From: Isurus oxyrinchus | Lineage: Eukaryota | Reading direction: 5' to 3' | DNA: 64,000 nucleotides | NCBI GenBank assembly: GCA_026770705.1 | Contig: JANJGN010000007.1 | Coordinates: 112,778,001 to 112,842,000, forward strand | Shown: positions 25,860-39,589 of the stretch, one piece after another | Numbering within the stretch: position 1 is the first letter of the stretch | Layout of the letters: each line of letters begins with the position of its first letter | Notes under the pieces: model-generated | The model's database searches: none | The model's input: the letters and a program-made list of their open reading frames with translations, nothing else | Told to the model about the DNA's origin: nothing | Translations under genes and position numbers: made by a program

Positions 25860-28030
25860 GAGAACCATAGAAAAGTTATGATGCAGAAAGAGGCCATTCA
25901 GCCCATTGTGTCTGCGCTGAACAAAAAGAGAAAAAGAAACGAGCTGCTCATTTTAATCCCACTTTCCAACACCTGGTCCATAGTCTCGCAGGTTACAGCA
26001 CTTCAGGTGAAGATCCAGGTACCTTTTAAATGAGTTGAGCATTTCAGCCTCAACCACTAACTTAGGCAGTGAATTCCAGATTCCCACCATCCTCTGGGTG
26101 AGAAAGTTTTTCCTCATGTTCCCTCTAACCCTTCTACCAATCATCTTAAATCTATGCCCCCCCCCCCACCCCCCACTAATTGACCCCTCAACTAGGGGAA
26201 ACAAGTCTTTCCTGTCTCTCCTATCTAGGCCCCTCATAATTTTGTACAGCTCAATTAGATCACCTGTTAGTCTCCTCTTTTCTAAGGAAAACAACCCTAG
26301 CCTATCCAATCTGCCCTGGTAGCTGCATTTTTCAAGCCCTGGCAACATTCTTGTAAATCTCCTCTGCACTCTCCCCAGAGCAATTATGTTCTTCCTGTAC
26401 TGTGGTAACTAGAACTGTACTCAAAATTCCAGCTATGGCCTAACCAGCATTTTATATAGTTCCATCATTACATCCCTGCTTTTGTATTCAATACCTTGCT
26501 CAATAAAGGAAAGCATTCCAAATGCTTTCTTGATCATCTTGTCCATCTGTCCTGCTACCTTCAAGGACCTGTGGACATGCACTCCAAGGTCTCATTTCAA
26601 TAACTTCCTATTTATTGAATATTCCCTTGCTTTGTTTACACCCCCCCTCCCACTCCCCCCAAATGCATTACCTCACATTTCTCTGGATTGAATTCCATTT
26701 GCCATTTCTCCACCCACTCAGCCAAACCATTGATATCATTCTGGAGTCAACAGCTGTCCTCTTCACTTGCACAGTCAATTTTTGTGTCATCTGCAAATTT
26801 CCCAATTATGCCTCCCACATTTAGATCTAAATCATTAATATATACAACAAATTGCAAGGGCCCTAACACTGAACCCTGTGGAACACCACTGAAAATTTTC
26901 CAATCTCAAAATCCATTGACCATTACCCTTTGTTTCCTGTCACTGAGCCAATTTTGGATCCAACCTCACCCTGCCACCTTACCCTGTATCCCATGAGATC
27001 TCACTTTCCTGACCAGTCTGCCATGCAGGACCTTGTCAAATGCCTTACTGAAATCCATGCAGACAACATCCACTGCACCACCCTCATCAATCCTCCTTGT
27101 TACTTCCTCAAAAAATTCTATCAAGTTAGTAAGTCATGATCTTCTCCTAACAAAACCATGCTGACTATCCCTGATCAATCTGTGCCTTTCTAAATGACAG
27201 TTTATTCTGTCTCTCAGATTCCAATCATTTGCCCACCACTGAAGTCAGACTGATCGGCCTATAATTTTCTGGCCTATCCCTCGCACCCCTTTTAAATAAT
27301 GGTACAATGTTCGCAGACTCCAATCCTCTGGGACCTCACCTATATTTAGTGAGGATTGGAAAATGATCCCCAGAGCATTCGCTAATTGCCCCTAGCTTCC
27401 TTTAACAGCCTGGGATACAATTCATCTGGCCCTGATGATTTATCCACCTGCAAGGATGCCAGTCCCTCCAGTACTTCTTCTCTCACTATGTTTATTGTAT
27501 CTAATATTTCATACTGCTCCTCATGAGCTAGAATGTCTGCATCATTCCTCTCCTTAGTGAAGACAGAGAAAAAGTACTCATTGAAATCCCTGCCTATATC
27601 TTCAGCATCAACCCACAGGTTACCAGGTTACAGGTACATCTTTGATAGGTCCTACCTTTTCTTTAGTTATTCTCTTGCTCTTAATGTACTGGTAAAATGT
27701 CTTAGGATTTTCTTTGATTTAACTGGCCAATTTTTTTCATATCCTCTCTTTGCTTTCCTAATTTCCATTTTTACTTCACCCCTGTCCTTTCTAAATTCCT
27801 CTAGGCTGTCTATAGTATTACATGTTTTGAGAGTGTCATAAACTTTCTTTTTCTGTTTTATCTTGGCCTGTTTGCGTCTAGATAACCAGGGGGCTCTAGA
27901 TTTGGCCGTACCAGCCCTTTTCTTTGTGGGGACATATCTACACAGTGCCGTAGAATCTCACCTTTGAATGCCTCCCACTGATTTGACATGGTGTTTCCTT
28001 CTAATAGTCGTATCCAGTCCACTCTCGCCA
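25860..28030 (-). mobile_element. CR1 LINE ORF2 3' half, decayed
   Basis: QRRFTRMLPGL...LFSLEKRRLTGDLIELYKIMRG; GVPQGSVLGP; KFADDTK; CR1-type 3' UTR near 25860-25920. Confidence 0.88.
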
Positions 28031-28034
28031 GGAT

Positions 28035-30900
28035 GACGATGACGTAGTGGTATTTTCAATGCACTAGTAAACCAGGGTAAGGCTCTGGGGACCCAGGTTT
28101 GAATTCTGCCATGGCACATGGTGGAATTTGAATTTAGTAAAAATCTGGAATTAAAAGTCTGATGATGACCATGAAACTATTGTTGATTGTTGTCCTTTAG
28201 GGAAGGAAATCTGTCGTCTTTACCTGGTTTGGTCTACATGACACCAGACCCACAGCAATGTGTTTGAGTCTTAAATGGCCGAGTAAGCCACTCAGTTGTA
28301 ACAAACCGCTACAAAAAGGAATAAACCTGGCATCAACCAAGGCACCGGAAACGACAACGGCAGTCTCAACCCTGTTGACCCTGAAAAGTCCTCGTTACTA
28401 ACATCTGGGGGCTAGTGCCACAATTGGGAAAGCTGTCTCACAGACTTGTCAAGCAATAGCCTGACATAGTCATCCTCACAGAATCATACCTCACAGATAA
28501 TGTCTCAGACACCATCACCATCCCTGGGTGTGTCCTGTCCTACTGGTGGCAGCACAGTGGTATACAGTTGGGAGGGAGTTGCCCGGAGAGTCCTCAACAT
28601 TGACTCTGGACCCCATGAAGTCTCATAGTATCAGGTCAAACATGGGCAAGGAAACCTCTTGCTGATTACCATGTACCACCCTCCCTCAGCTGATGAATCT
28701 TGTTAATTCACCACTTGGGGGAAGCACTGAGGGTGGCAAGGGTGCAGAATGTACTCTGGGTCTTCAATGGACTTCAATGTCCATCACCAAGAGTGGCTTG
28801 GTAGCACCATTACTGACTGAGCTGGCCAAACCCTAAATACATAGCAGTTATGACTGGGTCTGCGGCAGGTGGTGAGGGAACCAACAAGAGGGAAAAACAT
28901 ACTTGACTTCATCCTCACCAACCTGCCTGCAGCAGATGCATCTGTCCAAGACAATATTGGTAGGAGTGACCACCGCACAGTCATTGTGGAGGCGTAGTCC
29001 TGCCTTTGCATTGAGGATATCCTCCATCATGTTGTGTGGCACTACCATTGTGCTAGATGGTAGTGCCACAAAAATAGGATAAATTTTGAATAGATCTAGC
29101 AACTGAAGACTGGGCATCCATCAGCAACAACAGAATTGTACTAGAACACAATCTGTAATCTCATGGCCCGGCATATCCCCCACTCTACCATTACCATCAA
29201 GCCAGGGAATCAACCCTGGTTCAATCACGTGTGCAGGAGGGCATGCCTGGAACAGCACCTGGCATACCTAAAAATGAGGTGTCAACCTGGTGAAGCTATA
29301 ACACAGGACTACTTGTGTGCCAAGCAGCAAGTGATAGACAGGGTTAAGCAATCCCACAATCAATGGATCAGATCTAAGGTTAAACAATCCCACAATCAAC
29401 AGATCAGATCTAAGCTCTGCAGTCCTGCCACATCCAGTTGTGAATGATGGTGGACAATTAAACAACTCACTGGAGGAGGAGGTTCCACAAATATCCCCAT
29501 CCTCAATGATGGAGCCCAGCATATCAGTGCAAAAGATAAGGCTGAAGCATTTGCGACAATCTTCAGCCAGAAGTGCTGAGTGGATGATTCATCTCAGCCT
29601 CTTCCAGAGGTCCCCAGCATCACAGATGCCAGTCTTCAGCCAATTTGATTCAATCCACGTGATAACAAGAAACAGCTGAAAGCACTGGATAGTGCAAAGG
29701 TTATGGGGCCTGACAATATTCCAGCAGTGGTACTGAAGACTTGTGCTCCAGAACTTGCCGTGCCCCTAGTCAAGCTGTTCCAGTACAGCTACAACACTGG
29801 CATCTACCTGGCTATGTGAAAATTGCCCAGGTTTGTCCTGTACACAAAAGCAGGACAAATCCATCCCAGCCAATTACCACCCCATCAACCTACTCTCCAT
29901 CATTAGTAAAGTAATGGAAGGGTCATCAACAGTGCTATCAAATGGCTCTTGCTTAGCAATAACCTGCTCATTGAGCACAGTTTGGGTTCCGCCTGGGTCC
30001 CTCAGCTCCTGACCTCATTACAGCCTTGGTTTAAATATGGACAAAGGAGCTGAACTCCCAAGGTGAGGAGAGAATGACTGCCATTGACATCAAGGCCGCA
30101 TTTGACTGAGTGTGGCATTAAGGAGCCCTAGCAAAACTGGAGTCAATGGGAATCATGGGGAAAACTCTGCTGGTTGAAGTCATACCGAGCACAAAGGAAA
30201 ATGGTTGTGGTTGTCGGAGGTCAGTCACCCCAGCTCCAGGACATCACCACAGGAGTTCCTCAGGGTAGTGTCCTGGGCCCAACCATCTTCAACTGTATCA
30301 TCAATGATCTTCCTTCTATCATAGGGTCAGAAGTGAAGATGTTCACTGATGATTGCACAATGCTCAGCACCATTCACGACTCCTCAGATACTGAAGCAGT
30401 CCATGTCCAGATGCAGCAAGACTTGAACAATATCCAGGTTTGGGCTAACAAGTGGCATGTAACATTCACACCACACAAGTGTCAGGCAAAGACCATCTCC
30501 AACAAGAGAGAATCCAACCATCGTCCCTTGATGTTGAATGGCATTACCATCACTGAATCCCCCACTGTCAACATCCTGGGGGTTGACCATTGACCAGAAA
30601 CTGAACTGGGTTAGCCATATAAATACTTTGGCTCCAAGAGCAGGTCAGAGGCGAGGAATCATGCGACAAGTAACCCACCTCCTGACTCTCCAAAGCCTGT
30701 CCACCATCTACAAGGCACAAGTCAGGAATGTAATGGAATACTCCCCATTTGCCCAGATGAGTGCGGCTCCTACAACACTGAAGAAGCTGGACACCATCCA
30801 GGACAAAGCAGTCCGCTTGATTGGCACCACATCCACAAACATTCACTCTCTGCACCACTGACACAGGGTAGCAGCAGTGTGTACCATCTACAAGATGCAC
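28035..30900 (+). mobile_element. APE-RT non-LTR retrotransposon (CR1/L2-Jockey group) with tRNA-like 5' head and no ORF1; decayed and 3'-truncated
   Basis: A box TGACGTAGTGG at 28040-28050; B box GGTTTGAATTC at 28096-28106; APE motifs NIWGL and PDIVILTES from about 28400; RT motifs GPDNIP, DIKAAFD, GVPQGSVLGP, FTDD. Confidence 0.88.
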
Positions 30901-31499
30901 AATGGGAATTAAGGTGTTTTTATTTTGGGGTCACTAACATTGCAAACAGTTGCTGCCCTGAACAGGATTGTCCCAATGCCTCAGACTGACAGCTCTGCTG
31001 CAGTGAAGCACCGAAAGGGGCCTATGCTCATTCCGTTCCTTGTTGTTATTTGCTCGGTCATTATTTAGTTGAGAACTACACACAGGCTTATGGATGGGAG
31101 GCTAATGATGACATCATCTCCGTGCATGGTGTGACTGCGATGATGTCGTTCCCCGTGCCGCTGCACTGCTGGTCTGGTGTCTAATATTCTTGACCTCCAT
31201 CAGTGTGGCCACCTTAGATGTTAGACTAACTGATCTATAATTTCCTGAATTCTCTCACTCGCTTTTCTTAAATATTGAAGTTACATTTGCAATTTTCCAA
31301 TCTAAAGGGACAATTCCTGAATCAAGACAACTTTAGAAAATTCTAAAGCATCTGCAATTTCCTCACCTTTCTTTAAAATAATCAGGTCATGAGGTTTGTC
31401 AGCCTTCAGTGCATTATGTTTTCTAATATTGCTTTCATACTTAACGATAACTTTTAGTGAGTTGATTCCCTAGTATTGTCACATATATTCTCTTGCTCT

Positions 31500-32950
31500 G
31501 CTGTGGATACTCCTCTGCTGTGAATACTGACAGCAAAGTCAGCAGGACGTTGCTTCATCACAACAGGGACCTCTGGACAACCTGGATACAAATGCAAAAC
31601 TTTGCCGTTTCTGTAACAGCCGCCGATCTATTTCTCCAGCCAGCTCTTGAGTGAAAGCTACTGCCGTGGCCTACTTTCTGCTGCTCATTAATTTTTCAGT
31701 GCGTATCAGACTGGGAGCCTGCAGGAGAGCCTCCCCCCGTCTTGGCTGCGCACTGTTTTGCAAAGGATTCGTCTATCTCAGTTCTCCGATGAAGGCTGAA
31801 ACAGAGAAAGAAGGCAGCTTTTTATTAATGGGAGTGCAGGCGCCGCGGGTACTAGCAGCCAGCGTACGTCTTCCTTGCTGGAGAAAGTATCGGTGTACCG
31901 CCGAGCTGGGAGACCCTTAGACCCATTCAGTCTTAATATCTGCGAGAAATCTATTTAAAAACACGATTTATTTTTCAGGACTATACGGCTAATGTAACTT
32001 TCTGTTGATTTCCCTCGTGTGACATTCTTTGATCCCAGAACACTGTACAGCCAGAACATCCTCAGTGATTTTGTTGATATTTAGATACAGGCGGAAGGGG
32101 TAATGAATAGGAAGTCTTATTCGCGGACAGCTGAGGAGGGTGGAAATAAAACCTGGGATGGGAGGGAGAGGAGTGGGTAAACATCACGCACAAATGAAAC
32201 AATTTTAAAGACCAATAGAAGGCTCAGTTGGTGAAAGCATCTTCAAAAGTGGTACTGAGTAGCAGTGTCCCAAACCACTGCCGAGTTAGCGGAATGAAGC
32301 TGTGAAGAGTTCGAAAGGCTTCATTTGTGTTCAGTGGTGGAGGGAATGAATGTTTAGGGTGGGGGATGACTCCCATTTCTGGAAAGTGCGGATTGGGCTT
32401 GACTTTGATCTCCTACATGGTAAAATAGTCTGCTGACACTCGCCGGTAAGCTCACATGAAGAATGGCCACTTAGTTGAGATACTAAAAGACTTGCAGTGT
32501 ATGTAAAATGCACACGTGTGAACCAGTGACTTCAGGAGAGGGTAAACGTTAAATCGATATTTAATTTGAGCACTTACAAAATTGCAGTGATTACTGAAGT
32601 TCTTGTCAGACACCTTCAATGTTTCTTTTAAATGCTTGATTTTCGCTGAATTGTATTATGTTCATCAAAGCGAGAGATGGTGAATTACAACTTTTTATTC
32701 CGTTGGACATCCAGTATCGGCATCAAGTGCTGAAAGGTCAAGCGTAGTATGGCTTAGCTGAGGAATTAAATTTCTTTTCCACAGCCATAGAAAACGGAGA
32801 ATCAGGCTGACAGATTCCACCTCCAGTAGGGAAATGGATGCTTCACGTGCACAATAGGCAGACCACCTGAGACTTTAGATGGATTAAATTAGCCTTTCGC
32901 ATGTAGAATAAACAAGAAATTAGCCCATTAAAACCATTTTAATTAAGCAC
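31500..32950. promoter_or_regulatory. CpG-rich unique segment, candidate promoter or first exon
   Basis: Many retained CpGs (for example GGCGCCGCGGG and CGCGG) in apparently non-repeat DNA, against a CpG-poor background. Confidence 0.4.
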
Positions 32951-33007
32951 CCGACGATTCAGTTACCAAAGCATACTGTTCATTGACCAGTGGGATTTTG
33001 CAGGTTT

Positions 33008-33290
33008 CTTTTTCATTCATAGGATGTGGGTGTTGCTGGCTAGGCCAGCATTTATTGTCCATCCCTAACTGCCCTTGAGAAGGTGATAGTGAGCTGCCTT
33101 GTTAAACTGCAGCAGTACATGTGGTGTAGGCACATCCACAGTGCTGTTAGAGACGGAGTTCCAGGATTTTGAGCCAGTGCAATTGAAGAAATGGCAATAT
33201 ATTTCCAAGTCAGGATGGTGAGTGGCTTGTAGGGGAACTTCCGCTTGGTGGTGTTCCCATGTGTCTTCTGATATGCTTTTCCTGGCTTTG
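33008..33290 (-). mobile_element. 3' end fragment of the APE-RT LINE family
   Basis: Matches 21775-22000. Confidence 0.8.
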
Positions 33291-33544
33291 CACACAACCT
33301 CAAAGTAAGTAAGTTGATTGTATTAAAACTAGATTTATTTTCACTTTCTCCTTCTCTCCAGCTCTTCCTTTAAAATACTGGTTCTTTCAGCGGTGTCAAA
33401 GCAAACAACAATGGTCTAGCAACCATCCACTTAGTGTCAGGCTATCCTTTGTTAATTAATATGAATTAACATTTAAGAAAGCAGAAATTATCCTAGGGTG
33501 TAAACCTCCTCTTAGCTGTCTTCCTTTGCCCAGTTAATTTCCCT

Positions 33545-33795
33545 GACTCTCTCTCTGTCTCAGTCTCTCTCTCTCTCTCATTGATCCTCTCTTTCTCTAA
33601 CCATCTGTTGATTTATTTTGGCCTTTCTACTTTGGTCTTTCTTTCCCTTGATCTTTCGCTCTTTTCCAATATGTCTCTTTGTCCCGGTCTCCTTTCATGC
33701 TCTTGTTATTTTTTTCTCTCTCTGTCTGCCTCTTTGTTGATTTCTCTTTCCCTTTCCCTTTCTCTTTCTGTCATCATGTTTCTTTCTCATCCTGC
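33545..33795. repeat. CT-rich low-complexity tract
   Basis: Polypyrimidine (CT)n-like sequence. Confidence 0.7.
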
Positions 33796-36104
33796 CCCAT
33801 ATTTCCTGCTTGAATTTGACCAGGATGAAATGCAGTATGATTTGATGTGATGTTCCATCTGTGTATGTTTCCTGGGCATCAGTTCCACTGGTTGGTTGCT
33901 TCATGATTTTCTGTCCATTAAGAAGCAAACTATGCATTGATTAGAGAACTAACAGCTCAAATGTCAAAGCTCTTATTTCCAGATATATGCTGTATTTGCC
34001 GATTTGTTTTCACTCCCCAGTCCATGTTTATAATTGCTGGGCTGATGGTTCAATTCATGGAAGCTATAAATGGTATAACATCCAATTTTAGATGTGGCCC
34101 ATTAAGCAGAATATGCCTGCTAACAGTGTACCAATAACATATGCCTCTAAGGGCAGCACTTTAATTGTATCTCCATCAGTTTCCATTTTACCAGTTTAGT
34201 GAAAGGCTACATTAAATGAGCACAATCGAACTGAAAACTCTGTGATGAACCATATTATGCTTGAGTGCGATCGATGCCCTTTGTACATGGTGCAAAACCA
34301 CTGCAAAGAAAATTCCATCTGTAACCATTCTGTGATTCAAAATACATTTTTCACTGACAGTAACATTTGAGAGTGCAACAGGTGTTAAAAATAGGTTACT
34401 GACAGTTGGCTGCACTGAGTACATTTATATATGCATATAGAGTCTCCATGTCTGTGGATGTGTTTGTAACAGTACATTAAATATTTCTTGGAACACCTTA
34501 GCATATATGTTGACATGGTGTATCTACATTTCCTATTTATGTTTAAATAGCTACACAATAAATACATGTCTACACAGTATGTCTGCATTTGTGTACATAT
34601 TACTCACACGTATGATTGAAATGTGCATTGGATTACAGCTGTGTGGTTATGGATGCATTGCATGCATGTTTGTCTTATTTATTTATATATATGTCTGTAT
34701 TTTAAATATGTTTAATGTATTTGTAACATATTTTGTGATTTTAATGCTTTTTCTTGTCCTCAGTATTGAACCGTATGCTGAAATTCTTTGGTCAATACTT
34801 TAACCCATATCATTTGTGGATTTTAAAATGCCAGGATAGAGAGGAATCTTTGTCTCGCATCATAAGCCTTGTATAACAGGAGGTATCCATCAGTCACTTG
34901 ATAGTTGCTGTTTTCATGGAGCATTTTGATTCATTCTCATTGTCTAAAAATCCAAGACCATCCAAACACCGAGTCCTATTCCAAATATCAACTGATTTAA
35001 TGTCCGCAAACACATCGCTTCCAGCTTTTATACCCTATCTCCTCCAAACCCAATAGTAATGTTTCTATTACCAAACAAGTACTACCATAGTGATACTGAC
35101 AGCTACAACCCTCATACAATTTCTAATTTTGCACAACTATCTTCCACAACTCTCTTTTGTCTTGGCATGTTAGATAATATAATAGAGTTATCTAGTGTAC
35201 AGCTAAAGAAAACCATAACATCTACAGCTGTCTCTCAGATTTAGCCCTGGCAATTGCCAGAACAAAGATTTTAGTACCTACAGTCGGGTCATGGATTTCT
35301 CATATTGTGTGCAAACTCCAGTAACCCTGATTAACAAATGATTGACTGTACATTTTAACTGAGGATTGGAACCACCTTCCACTTTAGAATCAACAGATCA
35401 CATAATGCATTATCGGATCAGATACACTGAGGGTTAGGCGCAGGATAAAATATTCATTACTTCTAGTAAACACATACAGACAAGTATAAAATGTGGTAAA
35501 TATGAATAAAGTATCCTCTACACATCTTGCTGCAGTATTTCCTCAAATTCTTTACATTTTTAATCATGATGGCAAAAATGAAGTAGTTTTGTTTGCATAG
35601 ATTTAAAGGAACAGCTGTCATAGTAAATGAGCAGTTTGAAGCTGACTAAAGTGCAAAATTCAATCAGCTGCAAGCTTTAGAAGGGAATAATGGAAAGTTA
35701 AACAATGCTGTGTGATTGATTCAGTTAGTGTAAAACAAATGTGAAATGTGAAGCAAAGGAACTGTGCTGTTAGAATCAAGGTTCACTTTGAAAATCTTTG
35801 AGACAGACAGTTTAAAACTCCTGAGAGATAAAAATTGGCTTAAAACTTCCAGTAGGTAAGTTTGATTAAATCTGTCTTCCAGAGTGATAAGAAATCTCAT
35901 AAAAGAAACCCAGTATAATATAAAAGTTACTTTCAAAAGATTAGCTTTCTACTTAGAGCAGTGAACCTCTTATTGTTTTTCCACTTAATTTAGGAGGAAG
36001 GATTTCTGCTGTAAGTATTTAGCTGTACTATATGACTGTTACGAATTTGCTTATTTAATTTTTTGTTACATGTATTCATTTAGTTGTTTTAAATTCTAAC
36101 AATT

Positions 36105-36320
36105 ATAGAATTACACAGAAAGAGGCCATTTGACCCATCATGCCTCTGCTGGCTCTATGAAAGAGCTCTCTGATTAGGCCCATTCTCCTGCTCTTTTCCC
36201 ATAGCCCTGCAACTTGCTGAGTATTTGCCAATTACCTTAAATCAGTGTCCTCTAGTTACTGACCCTCTTGCCAGTAGAGACAGTTTCTCCTCCTTGTGCT
36301 CAAGATTATCAAGGGTTTTG
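36105..36320 (-). mobile_element. CR1 3' end fragment
   Basis: acagaaagaggccatt...tttcccatagccctgc. Confidence 0.55.
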
Positions 36321-37392
36321 ACAGAGTAAAAGATGTGACCCTCCGTTCACTCATTGGAAATGAGAGTGATTTTGATTTTATAATGGCCCAGAGAAAGTCC
36401 AGTAGTTAAAAGCAATTGATAGACAGGGTTTTCTGCTCAATACTGAGCATTTACTGAGATTTCAAGACTAGGATGGAAACTACTGAAGGTAGTACTATAG
36501 GTGTGTTGGACTTGCCCATGAGGCCAATGGAAAACAAGAGAGCTAAAATAATCTAGAATAAGAAGAAAAGATTCAAGCATATACCAGTTGCCTGAGTAAC
36601 CATTCTTCATGTGTGAACTTAGTGTTAACTAAGTACAGGCCAAAAATCAAACCTGGATAATTAAGTCTGCTATCACAGCAGCTGGCACATTTATTCACTG
36701 GCCCATTAGGAGTGACTGCAGGTCAAGTGTAGTGTTAAGCAATGCCTCCTTTGTTCCAACAAAGTGTGCTAGAAGAGCATGCTTTGCTGCTGCAGTGTGT
36801 CTCTTGCATTTCCTATACCAACTGTTTTTGAAGCCTTTCAGTCAGACCAGCAATTTGCTGACAATTAGCATTGAATAATGGGCAATTTTGTGCCATGGTT
36901 GCATGGCAACTGGGAGCTAAGTTGAGACACTTCAACCTCAATTCACCCAGTACTTTTAACAGTTGGCAGAAAAAGATTTTTACTGCACCATCTGAACTGG
37001 ATTCAAACACAAAATTTCAATATGACTGCACTGGCAGTCTTAATTTGTAAACATATTAAACAGTTCAGTGAAAAGTGTACCTCAAGACTGGGAGGTCTGC
37101 ATGATGCAGCCTATAGTGCTGCATTTACTTTACCACTTGTCATCATATCATGTAAATGAAGTGATGCATTACTTCATTTACTTGACTATGGTAGCACAAA
37201 GAACCCACTTCAAGAGGAAAGGTTCAATATCTGAAATGTTAATTTGTGTTCTCTTCTGCAATCCTGTTGACTGTTTCCTGTTTTTGTTTCGGATTTCCAA
37301 CTTATGCAACATTTTGCTTATTTTTCTCTGCCACGTCACGAAAAGTAGCAAAGTTAATGCAGCAATATACAAAGCAGTCACTGTTACTGACT

Positions 37393-37850
37393 TAAAATAA
37401 AAGCAAAATACTGCGGATGCTGGAAATCTAGAACAAAAGCAAAAATACTTGAAAAACTCAGCAGGTCTGAGAGCATCTGCGGAGAGGGATACAGTTGACG
37501 TTTCGAGTCCGTATGACCCTTCATCAGAACTAAAAAATATAGAAATGAGATGAAATATAAGCTGGTAGAGGGGGGTGGGATAGGAGGAGCTTGATAGGGG
37601 GCCAGGGATAGCTGAAGGCCAAGAAGAGACTGCCAAAGATGTCATAGACAAAAGGACAAAGGGGTGTTGATGGTGGTGATATTATCTAAAGGATATGCTA
37701 ATAGGGACATTAAGGGTGGCAAGCAGGACAAGCTAGAGACACAGATAGTCCTTGTGGGGGTGGGGTAGGGAGAAGGGATCGAAATGGACTAAAAGGTGGA
37801 GATGAAACAATAGATTGAAATAAATTTAAAAGTAGGTGAGAAAAGAAAAC
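37393..37850 (-). mobile_element. Penelope-like pLTR and 3' region
   Basis: aaatactgcggatgctggaaatc...; colinear with 45172-45610. Confidence 0.85.
37493..37531 (-). ncRNA. Minimal type-I hammerhead ribozyme with canonical core
   Basis: AGUU CUGAUGA A GGGUC auacg GACUC GAAAC GUC AACU: stem I AGUU/AACU, a 5-bp stem II, palindromic ACGU stem III and a GUC cleavage triplet. Confidence 0.85.
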
Positions 37851-39589
37851 TGTTGCTGACTTGTATGGTCCTTCCCAGCCTGCAATGGTTACAAATGCAA
37901 AGACACATATACTGTTGTTTTTCTGTTATTGCTGACACTATGGAATCTGCCTAGAATGTAAATGGGGCAGAATATTATAAAAATTAATATAATGCCTTTT
38001 ATGCTGAACAGTCTCAAAGCACTTTAGGCCATGAACTACTTTTTCAAGTGCAGTGACTGTTGTTATGTAAGTTACATAGAAATAGAACACCTTACTTAGT
38101 GATCTGTTTAACATAAAGTCACAAAGATGACTCTCTTCAAGCAAAACGTCACATGAACTAGAACTGGAAGGTATAGCATGAGATTCTTAATTAACACAGT
38201 CAGTCAGGTTAACAGCTTCTCTTCAGCCTAAGTTAGTTCACTGAAATGAAATCAGATAAATATTTAAAGAATGTTTGTTCTGGTCAGTTAACCATTGACA
38301 TATATTGTTACAAGGAATGACAGCAAATAAACAGCCAGTGCAGCTGAAATACATAGTGGTTTAAGGTGATAGCAGCCACAAAGGTTGCCAGTCTGTGACC
38401 ACCCTTCTCTAATCATTAGCTTTGATACAGTACATGATAGTAACAATGTGGAGATGTCTGAGACCAAGAACGAAGGGCAGATGGAAAGGACTGTTGGTTT
38501 TATAGATGTACATCGACCAGAAACTTGACAGTTGTCTGACAGTTTGACATAATAAACAGTGTATGTGAGAGAGAAAGAGAGAGCGAGGGAGGAAGAGAGA
38601 AAGGAAGGAAGAAAGTCAGAAATATAGGAAGATAGAAATAAAGGAAGGCAGAAAGGAAAACAGGAAGAAATTCAGTGAGGGTTGATGTACATTTTGTAGT
38701 TTCGATTGCACACCAATCCTTGTTGGCATTGCCACATCAACTGCCCAAAATACAGATACTATGATCATCATACCTATTTCAGTCAGTTAGCACATTGTCT
38801 TTTCACCTTTGGGATTTGGCTTTCAGTCTTGCGTGGTTGATGGGAGCAAATTATTTCCCTTCCTTTCTCTTGGGTGTAAGTGATGGAAAAATTTCAGGTA
38901 GTCTCAGCCCACTTCAGTTTGTGAGCTCACACCATAAAATAGCTTGTAATTTTAGCAATCTCAGAAAAAGGCACCATGCAGATAATTGACCTGGGAAATG
39001 GAAACATGGCACAGTGAGGAATACTTGCTGAGATTGAAGGGATATTTAATCTGGGCACTGAGTTTTTGGTATTGTATTTTTTAAGATTTATTAACCAAAA
39101 GGGAGTAAATCAGAAAGTGGTGTTATTTTGATGCCAAACATGAGTTTTTAAAACCCTGAGGATTAAATAGTTGTTTGGTAGTACAGAACTTCGAAAAGCT
39201 TTGACAAAATGTCTTTGTTCAGCAATAATCCTGAAGATTGTAGGAAAAGGGGAAATTTGAGAGGATAAAGAGTTCTTTTTTTTATGTTCTTGGAAAGAAT
39301 GAATAAGAGTAGGAAACTATGTCATAAGTTATTATTTTAAAACAAAGCTGATATAGGAGAGACGACATACTATATATATATATACATATGCAATAACATA
39401 TTTGAAACTTGGAAGAAGCAAGAGAGGAAACTTCAGAAAAGCAGCAACTGTAGCAATGTCATTAAGAGAGAAAGTAACAAGAATAGTTAAGACAAGAAAA
39501 GTAATTCACTATCAGATGATAATCTTTCTTACATCCATTCAGGAGTGCAAGAAAGGACTTTGCAGACTCTTCACAGCATTGCTACAACA

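Noticed and set aside
28040-28110. Functional tRNA gene
   Set aside because: Has A and B boxes but no cloverleaf I can fold; it continues into a SINE/LINE body.
31651-31920. 89-aa ORF in the CpG-rich segment
   Set aside because: GTG start, no recognisable motif and no clear splice boundaries.
33581-34803. Hydrophobic TM-like short ORFs
   Set aside because: They arise from CT-rich and TG/TA-rich low-complexity DNA.
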